The notes beneath the pieces are model-generated. The model was not told the origin of the DNA, searched no databases, and saw only the letters and a program-made list of their open reading frames with translations. Positions 19,093 through 29,364 of a stretch of DNA of 64,000 nt are shown piece by piece (position 1 is the stretch's first letter; each line of letters begins with the position of its first letter). This DNA is from an uncultured delta proteobacterium (GTDB lineage: Bacteria; Desulfobacterota; Desulfobulbia; Desulfobulbales; Desulfocapsaceae). The DNA lies in assembly GCA_963754865.1 (NCBI GenBank), contig CAVWHG010000017.1:77089-141088 (forward strand). The letters are read 5' to 3'. The position numbers were made by a program, and so were the translations under genes.

Positions 19093-20599
19093 GTGCATTG
19101 TTTGACGCCGAACAATTTACCAGATTTGCGGGGCCAGGTATCTTCGCAGGTGCTGCAGGCTCTGTTGCGGTTGTCGGTCAAAAACGATGTGTCACTCTAT
19201 ATGGTCGGCGGGACGGTGCGCGACTGGCTGCTTGGGCGGACGGCTGGCGATATTGATATCGCCGCCCCTTGTTCTGCCGGTATGTTGGCAAAACAGTTGC
19301 GTGCAGAACTCGGCGGCGGGACCCTCGTTGATCTTTCCGGTCCGGAGGATGAAGCTGTTCGGGTGGTCTGGCACACTGAGCAGGTCGATTTTGCGACCTT
19401 TCGCGCCGGAACCGCGACCGTTGAAGAGGATCTGCAGCGCCGGGACTTTACCGTCAATGCCATGGCCATCCCACTTGCGGCACTGGCGGCTGAGGGAGAA
19501 CCGCCCCCCTTACTTGATCCGACCGGAGGTCTGGCGGATCTTCGGGATGGAAGGATAAGGCATTGCACCGGCGCCTTTGTCACCGACCCGCTGCGCATGT
19601 TGCGCGGTTATCGGTTGTGTGCAATGCTTGGATTTCATCTGGTCGACAAGACTCGGGCAGAGGTGAGAAGACATGCAGCGCGTATCGCTGATGCCGCGGC
19701 GGAACGGGTTGGCTATGAGCTGCGGATGATTTTTAATTCGCCTCGGACTGGCCTTGTTCTGCAAACCATGGACGAGGATGGGCTGCTGGCGCTTCTCCTG
19801 CCGGAACTTTACCACGGAGCAGGGGTTGAGCAGCCGGAATTTCATCACCTCGATGTTCTCGGCCACAGTTTTCTTGCCCTTACGACCATGGAAGAAATTC
19901 TTGCCGACCCGCAGCGGTTTTTCCCGCGTCGTATCACGGAAATCACCAACTATCTGCAACAGAAAAATTCCCTTACCTGCCTCAAGTGGGCGGCACTGCT
20001 GCATGATATAGGGAAGCCGGTGACAAAGGATGTGCAACCCGGCAAAAACGGCCGGGTGACCTTTTATCGGCATGACGAAGATGGGCGTCCGGATCTTTCG
20101 GGAATTTGCCGAGCGAAGTCGCTGGAGCAAGGCAGATATCGAGCACGCCGGGGGACTCATCGGTATGCACATGCATCCGTTTCACCTGTGCAATGTGGCG
20201 CGCGAAGGCAAAATCACCAGGCGAGCGGCCTTGAATCTTTGTCGCCGCGCCGGAAAAAATCTGCCCGGGCTTTTTCTCCTGGCGATGGCTGACAGTATGG
20301 CCAGCCGCGGGGAAAAGAAGCCGGAGCGGATGGAAGCAGGAACTGGCCGAATTGTTCGACTCTGTGCAGAAGATGTATGATGATCACATTCAGCCGGTGC
20401 TTTTCGGTCCGCGCCTGCTTGACCGGCAAGGATCTTATCAAAGAATTTGCTCTTGGTGCCCGGGCCGCTTTTTACAACGCTTCTCGATGAACTGGAAGTG
20501 GCCAGGGTGGAAGGGAAAGTGACCGATCGACAGACGGCGCTGGCCTTTGTTGCTGCATATCTGCAGATGCTTACAGTGAACCATCCGACCTCATCATGA
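19093..20599 (+). CDS. CCA-adding enzyme / poly(A) polymerase family with HD domain (frameshifted)
   Basis: VGGTVRD..DIDI, EEDLQRRDFTVNAMA, DPLRMLR, ALLHDIGK. Confidence 0.88.
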
Positions 20600-20656
20600 G
20601 GAGCGCGGCGACCAGTCGGAATTCGTCTTGTCAAAGAATAATAAATGGACTAAAAC

Positions 20657-21293
20657 GTGCGTAAAATAAACGATTACTATTCGAAAAAAGCAAAAAAAGA
20701 AAAATATCCGGCTCGTTCAATCTATAAACTGGAAGAGGTCCAGCAGAAGTTTAAGTTTCTTTCCCGGGGTGACAGTGTCCTCGATCTTGGCTGCTTTCCG
20801 GGCAGTTGGTCGCTTTATGCGGCTGAGGTGGTTGGTCCGAAAGGCATTGTCGTCGGGGTTGACCTGCAGCAGGCGGATCAGGTTGCAAGACCCGGAGGGG
20901 CGCCTATTCATTGGTTGTGCCAGGATATCATGCTGCCGGAATTGACTTGTCGCGGTACGGCAGTTTCGTCCGGCTTTTCGCGTGCTGATCTCCGATCTGG
21001 CCCCCAAGACCACCGGCAGCAGATGGGCGGATGCCCAGCAGTCCCTGATCTTGGTGCGGCACACCCTGGCGCTCGCTGAAGAGTTGCTGCTTAATAAAGG
21101 GCATTATCTCTGCAAGGTTTTTCAGAGTGAGGATTTCCCGGAATTTGTTGATGAGATGAAGAAACGTTTTACCATGGTAAAGGTGCAGAAACCGAAAAGT
21201 TCCCGTATCGAGAGCAGAGAGGTTTTTGTTCTGGGAATGGGCTATATGAAATCGGTTCCTGAAAAAGAGATGCAGCCCGGGAATATATTATAA
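20657..21293 (+). CDS. rlmE: 23S rRNA Um2552 methyltransferase (frameshift near 20950)
   Basis: YPARSIYKL, VLDLGCFPGSW, SDLAP, KPKSSRIESRE. Confidence 0.92.
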
Positions 21294-21317
21294 TCAAAAA
21301 ATTAATAGGTATTCTTT

Positions 21318-22067
21318 ATGTCTGGACATTCTAAGTGGTCAACAATTAAGAGAAAAAAAGGGGCAATTGATGCCAAACGGGGGAAAATATTCACCCGTTT
21401 GATCAAGGAAATCACGGTTGCCGCAAGGGCCGGCGGCGGAGACCCGGAGGGAAATCCTCGGCTACGTACGGCAGTGGCCACAGCCAAGACTGAAAACATG
21501 CCCAAGGACAATATTGCCCGGGCGATTAAGAAGGGAACCGGTGAGATCGCCGGCGAGATATATGACGAGATCATGTACGAAGGCTACGGCCCCGGCGGTG
21601 TTGCCGTGCTCGTCGAATGTATGACTGACAACCGCAACCGGACGGTCGCCGATGTGCGGCATTTTTTTGCCAAAAGTAACGGCAATCTCGGCGAATCCGG
21701 TTGTGTGTCCTGGATGTTTGAGAAAAAGGGCTTGATCCTCATTGATAAAAAGCTCACCACCGAAGAAAAATTGATGGATATGGCCCTTGAGGCCGGAGCC
21801 GATGATGTGGTCGAGGAAGAGGCGGAATTTCAGGTCCATACCTCGCCCGAAGAATTTGAAAACGTTCGAGCTGCTCTGGAAGCGGGTGGCCTGACCTTTA
21901 TTGATGCCTCGGTGTCGATGATTCCGAAAACCACCGTTGAGGTAACCGACGAAAAAATTGCCAAGTCGCTTATCAAGCTCATGGAAAATCTTGAGGACCA
22001 TGAAGATGTTCAGAACATTTCTTCAAATTTTGACATCGATGATTCTCTGATGGAGCAGCTGTCGTAA
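21318..22067 (+). CDS. yebC: YebC/PmpR family regulator
   Basis: [29 protein letters not shown]. Confidence 0.96.
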   Translation: MSGHSKWSTIKRKKGAIDAKRGKIFTRLIKEITVAARAGGGDPEGNPRLRTAVATAKTENMPKDNIARAIKKGTGEIAGEIYDEIMYEGYGPGGVAVLVECMTDNRNRTVADVRHFFAKSNGNLGESGCVSWMFEKKGLILIDKKLTTEEKLMDMALEAGADDVVEEEAEFQVHTSPEEFENVRAALEAGGLTFIDASVSMIPKTTVEVTDEKIAKSLIKLMENLEDHEDVQNISSNFDIDDSLMEQLS

Positions 22068-22079
22068 TTGGCGGGAAAG

Positions 22080-22554
22080 GTGGCAAGAATCATCGGGGTT
22101 GATCCGGGCAGCCGGGTAACCGGATATGGAATTATCGATTCCAGTCGCGGGCGATCTGGAATTTGTTGTTTGCGGCGTCATTAAGACCAGCAAGGATCAA
22201 TCATTTTCCTACCGGCTCAATGAGATTTTCGAGGGCCTGAATGAGGTCGTTCAGGTCCACCAACCGGCTGTTGCGGCGATTGAAGAGGTTTTCCTCGCAT
22301 CCAATCCACGTTCGGCGATAAAACTCGGTCATGCCCGCGGTGCCGCGGTGGTAGCGGTCATGCAAAATGGGCTGACGGTTCACGATTATAGCCCGCGGGC
22401 CATCAAGCGGGCGGTTGCCGGTTACGGTCAGGCAGGAAAAGAGCAGGTGCAGCACATGGTGCAGGTATTGCTGGGGCTTTCCGGTAAACCGAGCCCGGAC
22501 GCCGCCGACGCACTGGCCGTCGCCATTTGCCATGCAAATCAGATGCAGGTCTAA
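22080..22554 (+). CDS. ruvC: Holliday junction resolvase RuvC (frameshift near 22150)
   Basis: GTG start, RIIGVDPGSRVTGYGII; AIEEVF, LGHARG, DAADALAVAICH. Confidence 0.93.
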
Positions 22555-22560
22555 TATCCT

Positions 22561-23184
22561 ATGATTGCCACCTTAACAGGCAGGGTTCTCGCCAAAAGTG
22601 CCGATCGAGCAGTCGTCGATGTCGGCGGAGTCGGTTATGAGGTGATCCTGGCAACCGATGCTGTTGCCCGGTTGCCGGAAAAAGGCCGGGAGGTATTTCT
22701 CCATATCCACACCAATGTTCGGGAGGATGCCATCACCCTGTTCGGCTTTCTCGAGGAGGAGGAAAAAGAGCTGTTTCTTATTCTGCGAACCGTCACCGGA
22801 ATCGGACCGAAGCTGGCCCTGGCGATGTTGTCGGGGATGCGTGTGGGTGAGATCTGCCAGGCGATTCTTGCCGGAGACCTCAAGCGGCTGACCATGCTGC
22901 CCGGGGTCGGCAAAAAAACCGCGGAGCGGATTTGCGTTGAATTGAAAGAAAAGGTTGCCCATTTAAGCAGCGGTACACTCCCTTATTCCGTTGATGGCCA
23001 AGATGTAATAGTGGTCGCCGGATCGGTTGCCGCCGATGCCCTGTCGGCCTTGACCAATCTTGGCTATCCCGATCCGGTGGCCAGAAAAGCCCTTGAGACC
23101 GTTAAAAGGCAACAGGGTGAAGAAGCCTTCGCCCAGATGCGCATCGAGATTCTTATCCGGGAGGCCCTGCGGACACTGGCATGA
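22561..23184 (+). CDS. ruvA: Holliday junction branch migration protein RuvA
   Basis: [35 protein letters not shown]. Confidence 0.96.
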   Translation: MIATLTGRVLAKSADRAVVDVGGVGYEVILATDAVARLPEKGREVFLHIHTNVREDAITLFGFLEEEEKELFLILRTVTGIGPKLALAMLSGMRVGEICQAILAGDLKRLTMLPGVGKKTAERICVELKEKVAHLSSGTLPYSVDGQDVIVVAGSVAADALSALTNLGYPDPVARKALETVKRQQGEEAFAQMRIEILIREALRTLA

Positions 23185-24265
23185 ACATCGAAGAAGATAT
23201 CACCGGCGACAATCGTCTGGTCAATCCGCAACCCCAGGTGCGCGAACCGGCAACCGACAATGCCCTCAGGCCGCAGAGGCTTGCCGAATACATCGGCCAG
23301 GAACAGGTGCGCAAAGAGCCTGGCGATCTTTATCCAGGCCGCCCTCGGACGTCGTGAACCCCTCGATCATGTGCTTTTTCACGGTTTTCCCGGACTGGGC
23401 AAGACAACTCTCTGTTATATCATCGCCAACGAGATGGGGGCGGGGATCAAGGTCACTTCCGGTCCGGTCATTGAGAAAGCAGGGGGATCTGGCGGCCATT
23501 CTCACCAGTCTGCAGGAGGGCGATGTCCTTTTTATTGATGAGATCCATCGTCTCAACCATGTGGTGGAAGAAATCCTTTATCCGGCCATGGAGGACTTTC
23601 AGCTCGACTTGATCATCGGCCAGGGGCCGGGAGCCAGGTCGGTAAAGATGGACCTGCCGAAATTTACCCTGGTCGGGGCGACCACCCGCACCGGTCTTCT
23701 GACCCCGCCTCTTCGCGACCGCTTTGGCGTTGTTCTGCGCCTCGATTTTTATAGCCCCGAGGAGCTGGTGACCATTGTTCAGCGGTCGGCGAGGATTCTT
23801 GGCATGAATATCGATCCGGCAGGAGCCTTGGAGCTGGGCAGGCGTTCCCGGGGCACCCCGAGAATCGCCAATCGACTGTTGCGGCGGGTGCGGGATTTTG
23901 CCGAAGTCGGCGGTCATAGGGTGGTTGATGTGAGGGTTGCCAATGAAGCGCTCAATCTTCTCGGGGTTGATCAGTTTGGCCTCGATGATATGGATAGAAG
24001 GGTGATGCTGACCATTATTGATAAGTTCGAGGGTGGGCCAATCGGTCTTGAGACCCTGGCGACGGTGGTCTGTGAAGAAAAAAACACCCTTGAAGATGTA
24101 TACGAACCATTTCTGATCCAGTCGGGCTTCTTGCAGAGAACTCCACGCGGTCGAGTGGCAACCGCCAGGGCGTATGAGCATTTCGGGCGCAAAGTTCCCC
24201 GGCAGGCAGCCATCCAGCAGTCTCTTTTTGAGGAATGGAAGAGAGATAACAATGAGGTCCCCTGA
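23181..24265 (+). CDS. ruvB: Holliday junction helicase RuvB (frameshifted)
   Basis: [51 protein letters not shown]. Confidence 0.94.
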
Positions 24266-24281
24266 GAAAGAGGATACAATT

Positions 24282-25115
24282 ATGCGCAGAACAGTTTCAG
24301 ACATCCGGTCAATGAAAACGGAAGGAAAGAAGATTTCCATGCTCACCGCCTATGATGCCTCGATGGCTCGTTTGTTGGACAGCTGTCATGTGGTAGACAT
24401 CCTTTTGGTCGGCGATTCCCTGGGTATGGTGATGCTCGGTTATGATTCGACCGTCCCGGTAACCATGGAGGAAATGCTGCATCATGCCAAGGCGGTTCGT
24501 CGTGGGGCTCCCGACGCCTTTATCGTCGGCGACATGCCCTTCGGTGCCTATCAAACCGGTGAACGGGACGCCGTTGTCAACGGCATGCGCTTTATGAAGG
24601 AAGCAGGTTGCGACGCGGTAAAGCTTGAAGGCGGCCTGATCATGTGTCGGGTCGTCCGGGCCTTGGTCGATGCCGGAATATCGGTCATGGCCCATATCGG
24701 CCTGACACCGCAGACCGCCGGGCAACTCGGTGGCTATAAGGTGCAGGGCAAGGGGCTTGAGGCTGCCAGGAGACTTTTGGCGGAAGCCAGGGGACTGGAA
24801 GAGGCAGGGGCCTTTGCCGTGGTTATGGAATGTATTCCTTCGGGCCTGGCTCAGGTAATTAGCAGGAGTATTGCCATTCCAACCATCGGTATCGGTGCCG
24901 GTGTGCATTGCGACGGGCAGGTGCTGGTTACCCACGATCTGCTCGGTATGTTCGACAAGTTTATTCCAAAATTTGTAAAGAAATTCAGCGATCTCTCTCC
25001 TCTTATAAAACAAAGCATTGAGGAATACGGTGAAGAAGTGAAGGCCGGCTCTTTTCCAGGGCCGGAACACGGCTTTGCCGACCAAGGGGATTATTCTCAA
25101 TTATTAAACGAATAA
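24282..25115 (+). CDS. panB: 3-methyl-2-oxobutanoate hydroxymethyltransferase
   Basis: MLTAYD, LVGDSLGM, VKLEGG, HIGLTPQ, IGIGAG..DGQVLV. Confidence 0.96.
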   Translation: MRRTVSDIRSMKTEGKKISMLTAYDASMARLLDSCHVVDILLVGDSLGMVMLGYDSTVPVTMEEMLHHAKAVRRGAPDAFIVGDMPFGAYQTGERDAVVNGMRFMKEAGCDAVKLEGGLIMCRVVRALVDAGISVMAHIGLTPQTAGQLGGYKVQGKGLEAARRLLAEARGLEEAGAFAVVMECIPSGLAQVISRSIAIPTIGIGAGVHCDGQVLVTHDLLGMFDKFIPKFVKKFSDLSPLIKQSIEEYGEEVKAGSFPGPEHGFADQGDYSQLLNE

Positions 25116-25148
25116 ATATAAGCTGTTGTAAAATTTTTCCATGAGTGG

Positions 25149-25182
25149 AGGGGTGGCTGCGGTGACTGCAGTTGCCCCTTTT
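25149..25182 (+). terminator. Probable intrinsic terminator after panB
   Basis: AGGGGTGGCTGC / GCAGTTGCCCCT stem followed by T run. Confidence 0.55.
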
Positions 25183-25448
25183 ATTGTTTTCACGCATTCC
25201 CTCCCCCCACCTTTCCCCACACTTGAAAAAACCTATTATTCACTAATACTCGCGTAAGTATTTTGAATTTCCAGCAAATATTCAATGGGTGTGCTGTTAG
25301 ACAGTTTCCGTGTGTTGGGAGCATAGCTCCAGCCATAGCATAATTGATACCATATGTAGTCTATTGTATTCTTTAACATGCTTGATATGGTATGTTTATA
25401 GATTTTCTCCGAACATATTATCATGGCGAACTTAATCGAAATTTTCTC

Positions 25449-25476
25449 TTGACACCTTCTCATACCATGATATAAA
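25449..25476 (+). promoter_or_regulatory. sigma70 promoter of dcw operon
   Basis: TTGACA-N16-TATAAA with extended -10 TG. Confidence 0.7.
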
Positions 25477-25520
25477 TGGGACTGTAGTGGGGAAAGGTGG
25501 GTGATTGGGGCCTGTGGGTG
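25477..25520 (+). promoter_or_regulatory. MraZ-binding TGGG direct repeats
   Basis: TGGG at 25477, 25488, 25498, 25506, 25515 just upstream of mraZ. Confidence 0.7.
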
Positions 25521-25550
25521 GTCGTTGGTAGGGGGGACTAGGGGCTGAAG

Positions 25551-26006
25551 GTGATCAACAACAGATTTCGGAGCAGGACTGAACACACCTTGGATGCGAA
25601 GGGGAGGTTGAATTTCCCCAGTCGTTTCCGCGAGGTGTTGCGTCAAAGCGGCTCAGAAAATCTGATGTTGGTGCCGTGGGGCAATCATCTTCGCGCCTAT
25701 CCGGTGGCCGAGTGGGAGGCTCTGGAGACAAAACTGCTGACCCAGGGTGGAGAAAACCGCATTTCAAGTTTTTTCCGTTATGTGGTTGGTGGCGCAGTCG
25801 AATGCTCTATCGATAAGCAGGGGCGAATCCTCATTCCCCCCGATCTGCGAAATGATTTGTCGTTGGGCAAGGATGTGACCGTGACCGGTATGCTCGACTG
25901 GGTTGAGATCTGGGATAAAGAGGCCTGGAGTGCCGAAACAAAGGCCACCCGTGACAACTTTGTCGAGCATGAAGCGAGTCTGTCGCGGATGGGGATTATC
26001 TCTTGA
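25551..26006 (+). CDS. mraZ: Transcriptional regulator MraZ
   Basis: LDAKGRLNFP and IDKQGRILIP duplicated motifs, EIWD. Confidence 0.96.
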   Translation: MINNRFRSRTEHTLDAKGRLNFPSRFREVLRQSGSENLMLVPWGNHLRAYPVAEWEALETKLLTQGGENRISSFFRYVVGGAVECSIDKQGRILIPPDLRNDLSLGKDVTVTGMLDWVEIWDKEAWSAETKATRDNFVEHEASLSRMGIIS

Positions 26007-26908
26007 CGGAGGTAGGCCCGGCGGAGCAGATTCATCGCTCGGTGCTCCTTGAGGAGTGCATGCACTTTCTCAAGCCAGAGGCCGGCCGGGTGTATGTCGA
26101 TGGTACCTTGGGGTTGGGAGGTCACAGTGCGGAAATCCTGTCGCGATCCGCTCCCGATGGAAAGGTGGTAGCCTTTGAGTGGGATGACAACGCGCTTCGT
26201 TGCAGTACCGAACGGTTGCAGGAATTTGCCGGCAGACTGACAATCATAAGACGCAATTTTGCTGAGTTGGCCATAGGGCTCGAAGAAGCCGGTCTCCAGA
26301 GGATTGACGGTCTGCTGATTGACATTGGTTTGTCGTCCCTGCAGCTCGATATGGGCGGAGATCGAGGATTCAGTTTTCAGCGAGATGAAGCCCTTGATAT
26401 GCGTATGGATAGCCGAAATCCGACGTCAGCTCAAGCCATTCTCGCAACGTGTTCGGAGCAGGAGCTGGCTGATATTTTTTTCTACTACGGTGAAGAGCGC
26501 CAGGCCAGGCCGATTGCCGCGGCAATCGTCAATTATCGGGAAAAGGAGAAAATTTGCAGTACCAAACAGTTGGTCTCGATAATCGTCAAGGCGGTTCCAA
26601 AGCGCTTTCATCCAAAAAGGATACATGTCGCTACGAAAGTGTTTCAGGCACTCCGGATTGCCGTGAATACGGAATTGGAAAATCTGGCGAAGATATTAGA
26701 TGATGCCGTCGACTTTCTCAATCCCGGAGCAAGACTTTGTGTTATTTCCTTTCACTCTCTTGAGGATCGGATAGTGAAAAGAAAGTTTAAAAATAATGAG
26801 ATGTTGGAGATATTGACCGGAAAACCAGTTGTCCCGTCTTCTGCGGAGACAACTGCCAATGCCAGGTCGCGTAGCGCGAGGTTGAGGGTTGCACAGAAAA
26901 GAAATTGA
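26003..26908 (+). CDS. rsmH: 16S rRNA m4C1402 methyltransferase
   Basis: DGTLGLGGHS, RGFSF..LDMRMD, FQALRIAVN, ISFHSLEDRIVK, RSRSARLR. Confidence 0.96.
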   Translation: MTEVGPAEQIHRSVLLEECMHFLKPEAGRVYVDGTLGLGGHSAEILSRSAPDGKVVAFEWDDNALRCSTERLQEFAGRLTIIRRNFAELAIGLEEAGLQRIDGLLIDIGLSSLQLDMGGDRGFSFQRDEALDMRMDSRNPTSAQAILATCSEQELADIFFYYGEERQARPIAAAIVNYREKEKICSTKQLVSIIVKAVPKRFHPKRIHVATKVFQALRIAVNTELENLAKILDDAVDFLNPGARLCVISFHSLEDRIVKRKFKNNEMLEILTGKPVVPSSAETTANARSRSARLRVAQKRN

Positions 26909-26928
26909 ATTATTCTTGGGGGAGCATT

Positions 26929-27300
26929 ATGAATTTTCACCATACTACGCAAGTTTCATATCTCAGAACTGTAACCAATCTCGGGGTAAGGCAGCAGTTG
27001 CAATCTCGGGATTTTTTTGATTTACCTGGCGGTTTGGTATTGTGGAAAGCGGTCGGGAGAATAATACTGATCATGCTTCCCTTTATTTTGGCGGCGAACA
27101 TGTTTTTGGCTGGAAAAATAAATGATGTCCAAAGCTCGCTTGCAATTGTTGACAATCAACGGCATGAGCTCACGGATAAGAACATCGGTTTGCTGGCACA
27201 GAAAGCCCGTCTCTATGCTCCTGAACGTTTAAGTCAAATGGCTGCAGACAAATTGTCACTTTATGCTGCTTCACCTGGTCAGATCGAACGTCTCAACTGA
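26929..27300 (+). CDS. ftsL: FtsL-like cell division protein
   Basis: Position after rsmH; single TM, coiled coil, LYAPERLSQMAADKL..PGQI. Confidence 0.65.
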   Translation: MNFHHTTQVSYLRTVTNLGVRQQLQSRDFFDLPGGLVLWKAVGRIILIMLPFILAANMFLAGKINDVQSSLAIVDNQRHELTDKNIGLLAQKARLYAPERLSQMAADKLSLYAASPGQIERLN

Positions 27301-27429
27301 GCGGGAGAAATTTGTTGCTTAGGAGTTGTGAGGAGCAGGGCGGTTTTTTGAGCATTTACCTACGGTTCCTTTTGCTGTTTCGCGCATTGCACCGGCCAAC
27401 ATTGTCGCTAACGGTTTTCCTTATATACC

Positions 27430-29310
27430 ATGCATATACAGTCCCGCCCGAGAGTGCAAAACCGACAAAGGGTCAGGCGGGTTTTCCTTTACGTTTTGCT
27501 TTTGGCGGGAGCGGCACTGGTCGTCTGGCTGCTTGATCAGAGATTTGGGGTGCTTTCTTTCATAAGGGAAGTGATCGGCTCAACAACGTTTGAAACCACG
27601 GCAAGTTTTCCTAGAGGAACAATTTATGATAGAAATCTTAAGCAGATAGCAGTAACTCTCGATCGGGTTTCGGTGTATGCTCGCAAACAGGAATTGGCAT
27701 CTATTCCGGCTACTGTGAAGGTGCTTGGAGAGATTCTGTCACTCGACGAAAAAGAGATGCAGCAACAGCTGGAAAATAGTTCGTTGCGGGTTTGGCTTGC
27801 CGATGGTATTAGTCTTGAGCAGGAAATTGCCATAAAAAGCAAGAGGTTGTCTGGTGTGTACCTGCAAAGACAGGAGAAGCGGTTTTATCCCAACGGCGCC
27901 CAGGCCGCTCATTTGATCGGGTACGCTGAAAACAGCATAGGTTTGACAGGGATCGAGCTCTATTATGATCGACTCCTGGCAAGTCGGAAGCGACAAAATG
28001 AAGAGCAAAAGCGCCTCAATTCACCCCAAGACCTTGTTCTTACTCTTGATCTGAAGATCCAAGACATCCTCGATAAATTGCTCGAGGATATAGCAAAGCT
28101 CTATAAGGTCCACCAGGCCATAGCATATGTCATGGAGGGCCGCACTGGGGAGGTTATCGGTGGAAGCCAGTTACCAGGTTTTGACCCCAATAATTTCACC
28201 AAGTATTCCCAGGAGGTACTTGGTAATCGTTTCATCATGCCGGTTCTGCTGCCCGACAAATTTCGTTCTTTTTTGCGGGATGTAGCATTGTTGCACGGCC
28301 AGGACAGCCAAACGACCATCCGCCTTCCCTGGAGTTTAAGGTCCAGCGACGGGAATCTTGGGAATCAGCTGCGGCTGTGGGATTGGCTTGGACTGAATGA
28401 CAAGCCTCTGGCTGATTTCCATCTGTCGATGCAACCTGGGGAAAAGTTGGAAAGTGATCAGCACCCGGTTCTTCCTCCGTCGCCGTTTCTTGAGATGGTC
28501 CCTGAACATGCGACGCCCTTTAATATCCTAACAGCAATTTCCGCTCTCCAAAATGAAGGAGAGAGGGTCAGGCCTTTTGCTGTTAAAAAGAATGTCGGGG
28601 ACGAAACGGGTGTGGATATTCCACAGAATGAAAAATTGGCAGGAGAGCGTAGCGGAGACAAGGGTTTTATCAATTTTTATGAGAGTTCGGAACTTTTTCG
28701 GAGCCAGGCACGGCTGGGGACTGCAAGTGCTTATTTTTTTCGAGATGAGATTCCAGTAAAGGTGCTTAAGGGCGCGAAGCAGCAGCTGATGATTAACGAG
28801 ATGTTATTGGTGACTATTCCAGCTGGTGGTTTGGACTTGAATTTACTGGTGATGGTTGAGAGGGAACCGGACGGACCTCATCCCAAAAACGTCAAAAAGA
28901 CAATGGCTCTTGAACAAATTGTTGAAGAAAAGGTTGAGAGAATTTCTGTGCTGCAGCAGGTCGCAAAAACTGTTGCCGATGTGGTAGAGCCGGAATCTGC
29001 CGAGGATGGTAATTATCAAGGCGAAAAAGATCAGTCTTCAGTAACTCTAAAGGTCGGGGATGTAAAAGATAAGACTCTTCCAAAGCTGGAAAAAATGCCG
29101 GACCTGAAGGGGCAGAGCCTCAGAAAAAGCCTTCGTCTTCTCCAGGGCGTCTATTTAAAGATCAGTATTCGGGGGACGGGAAAGGTTGTTTCTCAAAAAC
29201 CTGCGCCCGGAACACCTCTGAAAGGAGTAAGCGAGTGTACACTCATTCTTGGTAAAAGTGAAGACGTAGTCCCGGAAAAGCTCACGAAAGGCGTACCAGC
29301 CAAAAAGTAA
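27430..29310 (+). CDS. FtsI-position class B PBP-like protein with PASTA domain; transpeptidase motifs absent
   Basis: PRGTIYDRN, RFYP, GLTGIE, LVLTLDLKIQ, TGEV..PGFDPN, TPFNI..A..N.G..P and PASTA (MPDLKGQSLR..GTGKVVSQKP) present; EPGSTxK, SxN and KTG not found. Confidence 0.85.
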   Translation: MHIQSRPRVQNRQRVRRVFLYVLLLAGAALVVWLLDQRFGVLSFIREVIGSTTFETTASFPRGTIYDRNLKQIAVTLDRVSVYARKQELASIPATVKVLGEILSLDEKEMQQQLENSSLRVWLADGISLEQEIAIKSKRLSGVYLQRQEKRFYPNGAQAAHLIGYAENSIGLTGIELYYDRLLASRKRQNEEQKRLNSPQDLVLTLDLKIQDILDKLLEDIAKLYKVHQAIAYVMEGRTGEVIGGSQLPGFDPNNFTKYSQEVLGNRFIMPVLLPDKFRSFLRDVALLHGQDSQTTIRLPWSLRSSDGNLGNQLRLWDWLGLNDKPLADFHLSMQPGEKLESDQHPVLPPSPFLEMVPEHATPFNILTAISALQNEGERVRPFAVKKNVGDETGVDIPQNEKLAGERSGDKGFINFYESSELFRSQARLGTASAYFFRDEIPVKVLKGAKQQLMINEMLLVTIPAGGLDLNLLVMVEREPDGPHPKNVKKTMALEQIVEEKVERISVLQQVAKTVADVVEPESAEDGNYQGEKDQSSVTLKVGDVKDKTLPKLEKMPDLKGQSLRKSLRLLQGVYLKISIRGTGKVVSQKPAPGTPLKGVSECTLILGKSEDVVPEKLTKGVPAKK

Positions 29311-29364
29311 TAAACCGGAAACTCTCCGGACCATGAACACAATTTTTTTGCGGAGTAATCGCCG

